Source: Oscillospiraceae bacterium
GTDB taxonomy: Bacteria; Bacillota; Clostridia; Oscillospirales; Oscillospiraceae
Reading direction: 5' to 3'
Assembly (NCBI GenBank): GCA_902802215.1
Contig: CADCLH010000001.1
Span: 17,327-80,142, forward strand
Length of the DNA stretch: 62,816 bases
The notes under the pieces are model-generated. The model ran no database searches, was not told the origin of the DNA, and worked only from the letters and a program-made list of their open reading frames with translations. Below, in pieces: positions 54,926 through 62,816 of the stretch; position 1 is the first letter of the stretch; the number at the start of each line of letters is the position of its first letter. The position numbers were made by a program, and so were the translations under genes.

Positions 54926-55181
54926 GACCGAATCAATTTTATACCATGCTTATTGCAAAAGTGAACATCACCTATTCATGCTGTTTTTACCTTGCAAAAG
55001 TGACCTTCATTTTTTCAATTAACGGTTCTTTCTTCATACAGAATAGCATAAAACATGTCCAGAAAATTCCCCTTGGTCGGCACAAAGCCTTAAATCGAGG
55101 GAAACTTTCTGGACATGTTTTGCTGTATAATAAGGAATGAAAACGGGACCTTATCCCTGCGTCACAAAGGAGGCGAACTAC

Positions 55182-56018
55182 ATGAAAGAGAAAACCTGGC
55201 TTCCGGGGAATATCAGCGACCGTGTGCGCGATCTGCGCGAGGAGTGGGGCCTGACGCGAAAAGAGCTTGCCCAGCGCAGCGGTGTCGATGAAAGTCTGCT
55301 CGGGCGGATCGAGAATAACAAGATTCGGAAAATCCAGGACGACGCGCTGACAAAGCTGGCAAAAATCTTTTGCGTGTCCACGGATTTTCTGCTCGGTCTG
55401 ACCGACATTCCCGACCGGAAGAATTACGATATTGAAGAGCTGGGGCTGTCCGTGCAGGCGGCGCGGAACCTGTACACCGGTGCGGTCAACACGCAGGTGG
55501 TCAACCTGCTGCTGGGCGATCCCCGCTTTGCCGTTCTGACCAATCGGATCGCGGATTTCTTCGACGACACCATGGCAGCGGGTTATGCCGCGCAGAATCA
55601 ACTCTATACATCCGTCAGCTCTCTTGTGGGACGTATCGGAAAAGAAAAGCCGGAGATGAAGAGCGCGGCAAAAAAGACAGGCAACATCGTCCGTTCCATG
55701 CGCAAGCCGCTGTATGATACGGAGCTTGCACAGATTCAGAAGGGGTTCATGGATACGATCAAGCAGATAAAGAAAGAGCTGCCTTCACGGGTGGACACGT
55801 CGGAGAAGCTGACAAAAGACGCCTTTGACATGACGATCGAGCATTTCACCAAGGGCGGCGAGGCGGCACAGCTCATCGCCGTCTCCGAGGAAGAATTTGC
55901 CGAGCAGTTCAAGCTGTGCCTGGCCGGGCTGCCGGAGGTCACCGAACAGCTCACGGATGATCTGCTGTCCTCCTTCTTTGCCATTGCCCGCCTTATGAGG
56001 CCAAACAAAAATGAGTGA
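55182..56018 (+). CDS. XRE-family regulator with ~200-aa C-terminal helical domain (278 aa)
   Basis: HTH GLTRKELAQRSGVDESLLGRIENNK. AAAGGAGG SD. Overlaps the sigma gene start by 8 nt. Confidence 0.8.
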   Translation: MKEKTWLPGNISDRVRDLREEWGLTRKELAQRSGVDESLLGRIENNKIRKIQDDALTKLAKIFCVSTDFLLGLTDIPDRKNYDIEELGLSVQAARNLYTGAVNTQVVNLLLGDPRFAVLTNRIADFFDDTMAAGYAAQNQLYTSVSSLVGRIGKEKPEMKSAAKKTGNIVRSMRKPLYDTELAQIQKGFMDTIKQIKKELPSRVDTSEKLTKDAFDMTIEHFTKGGEAAQLIAVSEEEFAEQFKLCLAGLPEVTEQLTDDLLSSFFAIARLMRPNKNE

Positions 56019-56727
56019 GCTGGATATTATCCCGTATGTCCCGCCGGGATGGGAGGATCTGAGCAACGAGGAGCTGTGCGCGTTGGCACAGGCTAAGGAT
56101 AAGCGGGCGATGGATGTCTTGATTTGGCGAAACGAAAGCTTTCTCGCGGACAAGGTACATGATATCTACGAAAAATCCTTTCGCATCAGACAGGAATACT
56201 CCGTCGATTTCGATGATTTCATGCAGGCTGCGAGAATGGGATTTTGGAAAGCGATCACCACGTTTGACCCGGCTCAAAACATAAAGCTGACAACATACGC
56301 CGGGAAGTGCGTCGAGAACAGGCTCAAAGATTTCCGGGGCAAATACAAAACAGCGACCAAGGCAGAACACATGGGCTTTCGCGTGGAGGAAGAGACGCAG
56401 GAAGACGAAGATCCCAAAGATCCCATCCAGGAGCTGCATCCCGATGAATACAAGAAGCGCCCCGAGCCAATGACAATAGCGCGAGAAACCGCAGAAGAGG
56501 TATGCCGGTCCGTCAATTCTCTTGAGCCGCGCGAAAAGAAGTATCTCTTTTTTCGCTTCGGATACCCGTTCGACGATGAAGTGACACAAAAGGAAGCGGC
56601 TGAACACTTCCGTATAAGTCGTACCCGCGCGAGGGAGCTTGAGCAGGAAGCGCTGCACAACTTCCGCATTGGCCTGCATTGGGACGATCTTTGCTGTTGG
56701 CGTGATTTCTATGACGAGGATGAATGA
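56011..56727 (+). CDS. Sigma-70 family RNA polymerase sigma factor (regions 2 and 4, acidic linker)
   Basis: Region 2-like DDFMQAARMGFWKAITTFDP...LTTYAGKCVENRLKDF. Region 4 HTH TQKEAAEHFRISRTRARELEQEAL. Confidence 0.75.
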   Translation: MSELDIIPYVPPGWEDLSNEELCALAQAKDKRAMDVLIWRNESFLADKVHDIYEKSFRIRQEYSVDFDDFMQAARMGFWKAITTFDPAQNIKLTTYAGKCVENRLKDFRGKYKTATKAEHMGFRVEEETQEDEDPKDPIQELHPDEYKKRPEPMTIARETAEEVCRSVNSLEPREKKYLFFRFGYPFDDEVTQKEAAEHFRISRTRARELEQEALHNFRIGLHWDDLCCWRDFYDEDE

Positions 56728-56940
56728 TACCACGATGGTATTACTTCCGATCGCTTCTGATACCATACACAGCGCGGGCAAAGATGCTGATATCAGCTAC
56801 GCCTGAAAGTGGTATCAACACCGAAAACCGTGCTGCCAGAAAGCCGTGGGGTTGATACCAGCGTGGGGAGTTTCGCACAAAACCGGGGCTGCGTGATCGC
56901 TGCGGCGGGACGAGGGCTGTATATACCTCCCGGCGCACCG

Positions 56941-56980
56941 TCCGGGGAATGATCTGACCGCAGTCAGATCATTCCCCGGA
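56941..56980. other. Perfect 18-bp stem hairpin in non-coding DNA
   Basis: TCCGGGGAATGATCTGAC CGCA GTCAGATCATTCCCCGGA. Confidence 0.8.
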
Positions 56981-57367
56981 CTCCATCGGGCGAAGCATTC
57001 CGCTCGCTGCGGCTCGCGGAATCCTCCGCCCTGGCCGACGTGAAAGCTGGCTGCCCATAAGCCGCACCCACCTTTCGCTAGACCTTGCGAGCAAGGTCGT
57101 GCGCCAAAGGCGGGCTCTGCCCTCCCTTGGAACCCTTCCGGATGCCGCCGCAATCCTGTTCATCGCGGGGGAACATGCTCGCGGCGGCATCCGTTTTCAT
57201 GCAAGTGTCGGGAATAAACCACTGGACTCCGCTTGCATGAAAACAAGGACGCGACGAGAGCTTTACAACGAGAGTATAAACGAGCGAGAAGAATTGAACC
57301 GCACAATTGTTTATGATATACTTTTATAAATTATGGAAAACGATGTAACAGCAGGAGGGGAGGCTCT

Positions 57368-59488
57368 ATCGAGGAATATTTAGCCCATAGTCCAACGGAT
57401 GCCCATCCGGAGGGACAACTGTTGAGGGCGCATCTCGAAAATGTGTCCAAGCTGTGTGCTGATTTTTGCAGCACATTTGGCGCGGAAAATGAAGGACAAC
57501 TCTGCGGCCTTTACCATGATATCGGAAAGTACAGCACGGCCTTTCAGAGACGCTTATGCGGCAGCAAAGTAACGGTCGATCACTCCTCTGCGGGCGCACT
57601 CCTCCTGTTCGAGCATCGGAATGTCCCGGCGGCGATGTGTATTGCCGGGCACCACACGGGCCTTGCGGACTGCGGCACGAGGAACGATCTGTCGGATTCC
57701 TTCATGGCGAGGATCAATCAAGCACGCCGCGGCGGCATTGAGGATTGTTCCGCATGGCGCAGGGAATTGCCGATCGAGATTCCCAAAGGAAGCAGGAGCT
57801 TACCCGGACTCGGCAGCTATTTCTATACGAAGATGCTCTTTTCCGCCCTGACAGATGCGGACTGGCTGGATACCGAGGCGTATTTTGAGGACAGGCCGCT
57901 CACGGCAGCAACGAGCAACCTCGAGGAGCTGGCCCAAAAGCTGGACGTTTTTGTCTCGCGGTGGGATGATCCGAAAACCGACCTGAACCGGCGACGCTGC
58001 ATGATCCTGCGTGCTGCGATCGAGCACGGCGAGGACAGTCCCGGTTTGTTCAGCATGAGCGTCCCGACCGGAGGCGGGAAAACAGTCTCCTCCATGGCTT
58101 TTGCGCTCCGCCATGCGGTGCGGCACGGGCTGCGCCGGATCATCTATGTGATCCCCTACTGCTCCATTTTGGAACAGACGCAGCAGGTGTTTGAAGAAAT
58201 CTTCGGAAGCGGGAATATCACGGCCCACTATTCCGGGGCGGAATATCCCGCATCAGAGGATCGGGAGGACAGGCGCGCATTCTCCGCGGAAAACTGGGAG
58301 GCGCCGATCATCCTGACGACGGCCGTGCAGTTTTTTGAGTCTCTGTATTCCAACAGACCGGGTAAGAACCGCAAGCTGCACAACATCGCACAGAGCGTGA
58401 TCGTCTTTGACGAAGCGCAGATGCTTCCGATTCCGTTTCTGAGACCCTGCCTTGCGGCCATCTGCGAGTTGGTCGATCGCTACGGGTGTTCGGCAGTTCT
58501 CTGTACGGCGACACAGCCGACCGTCGAGCCGCTGCTGCGGGAGTTTCTTCCCGCTTTTCCGCTGCGGGAGCTCTGCCCGGAGCCGGAAGCGATGTATCAG
58601 GTTTTTCGCCGGGTGAGCTACACAGACGACGGGGCGCTCTCGGATGACGAACTGGTGGAACGGCTCCGAAAGCGAAAGCAGGTCCTGTGCGTTGTAAACA
58701 GCCGACGGCAGGCGCAGAAGCTGTACCGCAGCATCAATGCGGGGAAAGGAAACTATCATCTTTCGACGATGATGACGCCCTGCGACAGAAAGCGGAGCTT
58801 GCAGGAGATCCGGGAGCGCCTGAAAAGCGGTCAGGACTGCCGCGTGATTTCCACCAGCCTGATCGAAGCGGGCGTGGACGTGGATTTCCCCGAGGTATAC
58901 CGCGCTATCGCCGGACTGGACTCCATCATTCAATCCGGCGGCCGCTGCAACCGAGAGGGGAAGCGGCAGGCCTCCGAAAGCTGTGTGCACATCTTCCGCA
59001 CGGAGGCAAAGCCGCCCCGGATGCAGGAGCAGAATATCAGCGCGGCGGAACGAACGATCCGACGCTTTGAACAGGCGGACTCCCCCGAAGCGATCCGCGC
59101 GTACTTTTCGTTCCTCCTCTATACGCTGAAGGACGAGAGGCAGTTGGACGAGAAAAAGATCATCGAACATGCGGCGAATCTGCAATTCAAAACCGTTGCT
59201 GATGCGTTCAAACTGATCGAAGGCGCGGACTGTACGGTTTACATTCCCGTCGGCGAAGGCGCGGCTCTGACGAGGGAGCTCCGGGAAAACGGTCCGAACC
59301 GCAGCCTGCTCAGAAAGCTCGGTGAGTATGGGGTCAGTGTGTACCGGGATTATTTCACGCATCTCCGCGATGCAGGCGCGCTGGAAATCATCTCGGAAAA
59401 TGCGGGGATTCTTTTGGATACAGGCCTGTATTCGCCGGAAACAGGCTTGCCCTTTGACGTATCCGAACAGAGCAATGTCATCATATAA
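57368..59488 (+). CDS. cas3: CRISPR-associated helicase/nuclease Cas3 (HD + SF2 helicase), type I-C
   Basis: HD motif LYHDIGKYS, PTGGGKT Walker A, DEAQ box (VFDEAQ), SATQP-like CTATQP. The conserved N-terminal YLAHS lies upstream of the first canonical start (TTG 57422). ATC 57368 follows AGGAGGGGAGG. Confidence 0.85.
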   Translation: MEEYLAHSPTDAHPEGQLLRAHLENVSKLCADFCSTFGAENEGQLCGLYHDIGKYSTAFQRRLCGSKVTVDHSSAGALLLFEHRNVPAAMCIAGHHTGLADCGTRNDLSDSFMARINQARRGGIEDCSAWRRELPIEIPKGSRSLPGLGSYFYTKMLFSALTDADWLDTEAYFEDRPLTAATSNLEELAQKLDVFVSRWDDPKTDLNRRRCMILRAAIEHGEDSPGLFSMSVPTGGGKTVSSMAFALRHAVRHGLRRIIYVIPYCSILEQTQQVFEEIFGSGNITAHYSGAEYPASEDREDRRAFSAENWEAPIILTTAVQFFESLYSNRPGKNRKLHNIAQSVIVFDEAQMLPIPFLRPCLAAICELVDRYGCSAVLCTATQPTVEPLLREFLPAFPLRELCPEPEAMYQVFRRVSYTDDGALSDDELVERLRKRKQVLCVVNSRRQAQKLYRSINAGKGNYHLSTMMTPCDRKRSLQEIRERLKSGQDCRVISTSLIEAGVDVDFPEVYRAIAGLDSIIQSGGRCNREGKRQASESCVHIFRTEAKPPRMQEQNISAAERTIRRFEQADSPEAIRAYFSFLLYTLKDERQLDEKKIIEHAANLQFKTVADAFKLIEGADCTVYIPVGEGAALTRELRENGPNRSLLRKLGEYGVSVYRDYFTHLRDAGALEIISENAGILLDTGLYSPETGLPFDVSEQSNVII

Positions 59489-59507
59489 AGAAGGGAAGTG
59501 AATCCAT

Positions 59508-60161
59508 TTGTCTGTAAAGGTGGAAGTGTGGGGCGACTATGCACTGTTCACACGCCCCGAGCTGAAGGTGGAGCGCGTCAGCTATGACGTGATGACGCCC
59601 TCCGCTGCGCGCGGATTGTTGGAGGCGATATACTGGCACCCCGGCATGCGCTGGGTGATCGACAGGATCTATGTCCTCAACCCGATCCGCTTCACGAACA
59701 TACGACGAAACGAGGTCTCGGCAACGATTTCGGCAAGCAAGGTGAGAAGCGCCATGGCCGGCGGCGACACGGAGCTCTATCTTTGCACACAGGACTGCAT
59801 TCAGCAGCGCGCCGCCATGGTATTACAGGATGTGCGCTATGTGATCGAAGCGCATTTTGTCATAACGGATAAAGCGGGAGAGGGCGACAATCCCGGCAAA
59901 TTCTGTGACATCATGCGGCGCAGACTGGAAAAGGGCCAGTGCTTTCATCAACCCTGCTTCGGCACGCGGGAATTTCCCGCGCATTTTGGCGCCTGGTCGG
60001 GCGGCGAGCCTCTGACGGCCTATCCGGATGAGGATCGGGAACTCGGCTTCATGCTGTACGACATGGACTACTCCGACCCGGAGAACATCCGCCCGCAGTT
60101 TTTCCGGGCGACGCTCAGGCGGGGTGTCCTGGATGTACGGGATTGCGAGGTGTTCCGATGA
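59508..60161 (+). CDS. cas5c: Cas5c (Cas5d) pre-crRNA endoribonuclease
   Basis: VEVWGDYALFTRPE..., YDVMTPSAARGLLEAIYWHP, FHQPCFGTREF. Confidence 0.9.
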   Translation: MSVKVEVWGDYALFTRPELKVERVSYDVMTPSAARGLLEAIYWHPGMRWVIDRIYVLNPIRFTNIRRNEVSATISASKVRSAMAGGDTELYLCTQDCIQQRAAMVLQDVRYVIEAHFVITDKAGEGDNPGKFCDIMRRRLEKGQCFHQPCFGTREFPAHFGAWSGGEPLTAYPDEDRELGFMLYDMDYSDPENIRPQFFRATLRRGVLDVRDCEVFR

Positions 60162-61915
60162 TACTGCAGGCTTTGGTCGATTACTATGAGGAGCTTGCCG
60201 CGCAGGGAAAGATCGCGCGCCCGGGCTGGTCGAAAGTCAAGGTTTCCTGGGCGCTGGAAATCGACGAGAACGGAATGCTTCTCGACGTGTTGCCCCTGCG
60301 CCGCCCCAGCGAGGATGGAAAAAAGATGCTGCCGCGGGAAATGGAGCTGCCAGCGCCGGTAAGGAAAACCTCTGGCATTTCATCAAATTTTCTCTGGGGC
60401 AATTCAAACTATATGTTAGCACTGGACAACAAAGGGAAAGAAAAGCGGGCGGCAGACTGCTTTGAAGCGGCAAAGGTTCTCCATCAAAAGTTGCTGTCAT
60501 CGGTGGACAGCGCTGCTGCGAAAGCGGTCGTGGCTTTCTTTACAAGCTGGAATCCAGAAGATGCCGATATGATCCCTGCGTTTGCGGCCCACAGAGAAGA
60601 CCTGCTTACCGGGGACAACCTGTGCTTTTTCTACGACGGTTCATTTGCGGCAGAGGACGCGGCAGTTCGCAGCGCCTGGCAAAATGCCTACGACTGTACC
60701 GCGGACGGAGAGATGGAATGCTGTTTGATTACCGGTCAGAAAACGATACCCGAGCTTGTCCATCCCGTTATCAAAAATGTTCGAGATGCACAATCTTCTG
60801 GTGCTGCACTGGTGTCTTTCAATAAGCCGGCGTTCTGCTCTTATGGTAAAGAGCAAAGTGCAAATGCCCCGGTCAGCAAGTATGCGGCTTTCGCCTATAC
60901 CAGCGTACTGAATCATCTTCTGGCAGACCGAAAGCATGTGGAGGTGATTGGGAACACCAGCCTGGTCTATTGGGCGAAAGACGCCGGGGAGCAGTACCGG
61001 GATGCCTTTGCCGCGCTGTTCGACGGCGCGGACAGTGAGCATGTCAGCGATGCCGATCTGGATGCCCTGATGGCGAGCATCGCAGCGGGGAAGCCATACA
61101 ACTATGACGGTCTCCCGCTGGAGCCGGACAACGATTTCTATATTCTCGGCCTCTCTCCCAACGCGGCGCGCCTCTCCGTACGCTTCTTTTACCGGCGCAG
61201 CTTCGGAGAGATCGTGCGGAATCTGAAGCAGCATTATGAGGATATCCGTATCGTCTCCGACGGGCGCGGCAACAAAGACGCAATCCCGCTCTGGGCGCTT
61301 CTGCGGGAGACGGTCAATCAGAAAGCCAGCGACAAAAGCCCGCTGCCGCAGCTCGCGGGGGATGTGATGAGAAGCATGCTCACAGGCGGGCGCTACCCGG
61401 AGACCTTGATGAACCAGACCATGCTCCGCATCCGGGCGGAACACGCGATCACCCGCGGAAAGGCAGGCATCGTCAAGGCGTATCTGATCCGCAATACAAA
61501 AAATCTTCCCGAGAGGGATTTGATCACGGAGGTGACCACGGTGTCATTGAACGCAGAAAGCACCTATACGCCCTATGTCCTCGGGCGGCTGTTCGCCGTA
61601 CTGGAGGGCGTGCAGCAGGCCGCAAACCCCAACATCAGCGCGACGATCAGGGACCGCTTCTTCAACTCCGCCTGTGCGACCCCGGCGGCGGTGTTCCCGA
61701 TTCTGCTGAAGCTCTCCAACAGCCATTTGAAAAAGCTGGACACGGGCAAGTCTGTCTGGTGGTCCCGCCAGATCGGGGAGCTGACCGAAAAGCTCGGCGA
61801 CAGCTTCCCCGCGCATCTCTCACTGCAGGAGCAGGGCTCCTTTGTCCTCGGCTATTATCATCAGACGCAGAAACGCTTTGAAAAGAAAACAAATACCGAT
61901 AAGGAGGCAGAATAA
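60158..61915 (+). CDS. cas8c: Cas8c (Csd1) large subunit
   Basis: MILQALVDYYEEL...GWS N-terminus typical of Csd1. ATGA overlap with cas5c. Position between cas5c and cas7c. Confidence 0.85.
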   Translation: MILQALVDYYEELAAQGKIARPGWSKVKVSWALEIDENGMLLDVLPLRRPSEDGKKMLPREMELPAPVRKTSGISSNFLWGNSNYMLALDNKGKEKRAADCFEAAKVLHQKLLSSVDSAAAKAVVAFFTSWNPEDADMIPAFAAHREDLLTGDNLCFFYDGSFAAEDAAVRSAWQNAYDCTADGEMECCLITGQKTIPELVHPVIKNVRDAQSSGAALVSFNKPAFCSYGKEQSANAPVSKYAAFAYTSVLNHLLADRKHVEVIGNTSLVYWAKDAGEQYRDAFAALFDGADSEHVSDADLDALMASIAAGKPYNYDGLPLEPDNDFYILGLSPNAARLSVRFFYRRSFGEIVRNLKQHYEDIRIVSDGRGNKDAIPLWALLRETVNQKASDKSPLPQLAGDVMRSMLTGGRYPETLMNQTMLRIRAEHAITRGKAGIVKAYLIRNTKNLPERDLITEVTTVSLNAESTYTPYVLGRLFAVLEGVQQAANPNISATIRDRFFNSACATPAAVFPILLKLSNSHLKKLDTGKSVWWSRQIGELTEKLGDSFPAHLSLQEQGSFVLGYYHQTQKRFEKKTNTDKEAE

Positions 61916-61917
61916 CA

Positions 61918-62808
61918 ATGTCCGAAGCGATCAAAAACAGATATGAATTTGTGGTGCTCTTTGACGTGGAGAACGGCAATCCCAACGGCGACCCCGACGC
62001 GGGCAATATGCCGCGGGTCGACCCGGAGACGGGCTTCGGTATCGTGACCGACGTTTGCCTCAAGCGCAAGATCCGTAATTATGTGGAGACGGTCAAGGAG
62101 GACGAGGCGGGCTTTGGCATCTACATCAAAGAGGGCGTCCCCCTCAACCGCAGCGACAAACGCGCCTTTGAATACCTCGGGCTCGAAGAAGGGAAGGTTA
62201 AGGAGGCAAAGAAGACTGACAAGGATCTCGACCGCAAGGTGCGGGATTTCATGTGCCGAAACTTCTTTGATGTTCGCTCCTTCGGCGCTGTCATGACCAC
62301 CTTTACCAAAACCGCCCTCAACTGCGGACAGGTGCGCGGCCCGGTACAGCTCTCCTTTGCCCGCAGTATTGATCCGATCGTTCCCCAGGAGCTGACTATT
62401 ACCCGTACCGCCATCACGACCGAGGCGGACGCGGAAAACAAAAAGACCGAAATGGGTCGCAAGTACATCGTCCCCTATGGTCTCTACCGCGCCGAAGGCT
62501 ACATCTCCGCAAATCTGGCCCGCAAGGTCACGGGCTTTTCAGAGGAGGATCTGGAGCTTCTCTGGCAGGCGATTCTGAACATGTTTGAAAACGATCACGC
62601 CGCCGCCCGCGGCAAGATGGCCGTGCGCAAGCTCATCATCTTCAAGCATGACTCCGAACTCGGCAACGCTCCGGCGCACAAGCTCTTTGACGCCGTACAG
62701 GTCAAGCGTCTGGATGAGAGCAGCCCCGCCCGCTGCTATGCCGACTACGCGGTCACGGTGGACGAAGCCGCGATCCCCGCAGGCGTGACCGTGGAGTACC
62801 GGGAGTAA
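61918..62808 (+). CDS. cas7c: Cas7c (Csd2) backbone subunit
   Basis: YEFVVLFDVENGNPNGDPDAGNMPR, VTDVCLKRKIRNY, FFDVRSFGAVMT. Confidence 0.9.
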   Translation: MSEAIKNRYEFVVLFDVENGNPNGDPDAGNMPRVDPETGFGIVTDVCLKRKIRNYVETVKEDEAGFGIYIKEGVPLNRSDKRAFEYLGLEEGKVKEAKKTDKDLDRKVRDFMCRNFFDVRSFGAVMTTFTKTALNCGQVRGPVQLSFARSIDPIVPQELTITRTAITTEADAENKKTEMGRKYIVPYGLYRAEGYISANLARKVTGFSEEDLELLWQAILNMFENDHAAARGKMAVRKLIIFKHDSELGNAPAHKLFDAVQVKRLDESSPARCYADYAVTVDEAAIPAGVTVEYRE

Positions 62809-62816
62809 ACAGAACG

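Larger units (their letters stand above)
55025..56892 (+). repeat. Direct repeat R2: intact XRE-sigma70 module
   Basis: See R1. Contains the promoter with inverted repeat, the XRE gene, the sigma gene and the GATACC-rich 3' region. Confidence 0.85.

Noticed and set aside
56815-57329. ORFs of 112, 73 and 76 aa in the spacer upstream of cas3
   Set aside because: They lack an SD, their translations are Arg/Pro/Ala-rich, and they overlap strong hairpins. More likely non-coding.
46546-57367. Search by eye for a second copy of the tRNA-Pro 3' end (TTCGAATCTTCTCACTCGGACCA) to define attR
   Set aside because: I did not find it. A short (<12 bp) or diverged repeat cannot be excluded without a computed alignment, so the island's right boundary is left open.

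Overview
This is a high-GC chromosomal segment that looks Clostridia-like; the taxonomy is inferred from gene content and SD usage only. From 1 to 39.9 kb the content is core genome. It holds mutS2 (5' end off-window), ptsH, a membrane-spanning TIR-domain protein, an EamA transporter, uvrC, rsmD-coaD and an LtaS-family enzyme. Next comes a dcw cluster (mraZ-rsmH-ftsL-pbp-murE-mraY-ftsW-murG-murA-ftsQ-ftsZ), a block of six stem-loops, and yihY. A nudix / FMN-dehydrogenase / PflX-type radical-SAM operon and trmL follow. In pgk-tpiA-gpmI, both pgk and gpmI are broken by short frame-shifting deletions. The core part ends with galE, a sugar nucleotidyltransferase, an enoate-reductase-type flavoenzyme, an Rrf2 regulator and capD. 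A tRNA-Pro(GGG) at 39.94 kb opens a ~17 kb accessory island. Its first part is an integrase-excisionase-MobV relaxase element that also carries a ParM/ParR partition pair, followed by XRE and WYL regulators with small partner ORFs. Next is a visibly lower-GC five-gene cassette of zinc-ribbon, membrane and lipoprotein genes. That cassette is bracketed by two direct copies of an XRE-sigma70 control module: the left copy carries a 1.3 kb internal deletion and the right copy is intact. A 5'-truncated IS1380-type transposase sits next to the right copy. The window ends inside a type I-C cas operon (cas3-cas5c-cas8c-cas7c), and no CRISPR array lies within the window. The most interesting candidates are the repeat-bracketed cassette with its orphan sigma module, the transmembrane TIR protein, and the partition-equipped integrative element. 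All homology statements come from reading motifs by eye; no database search was run.
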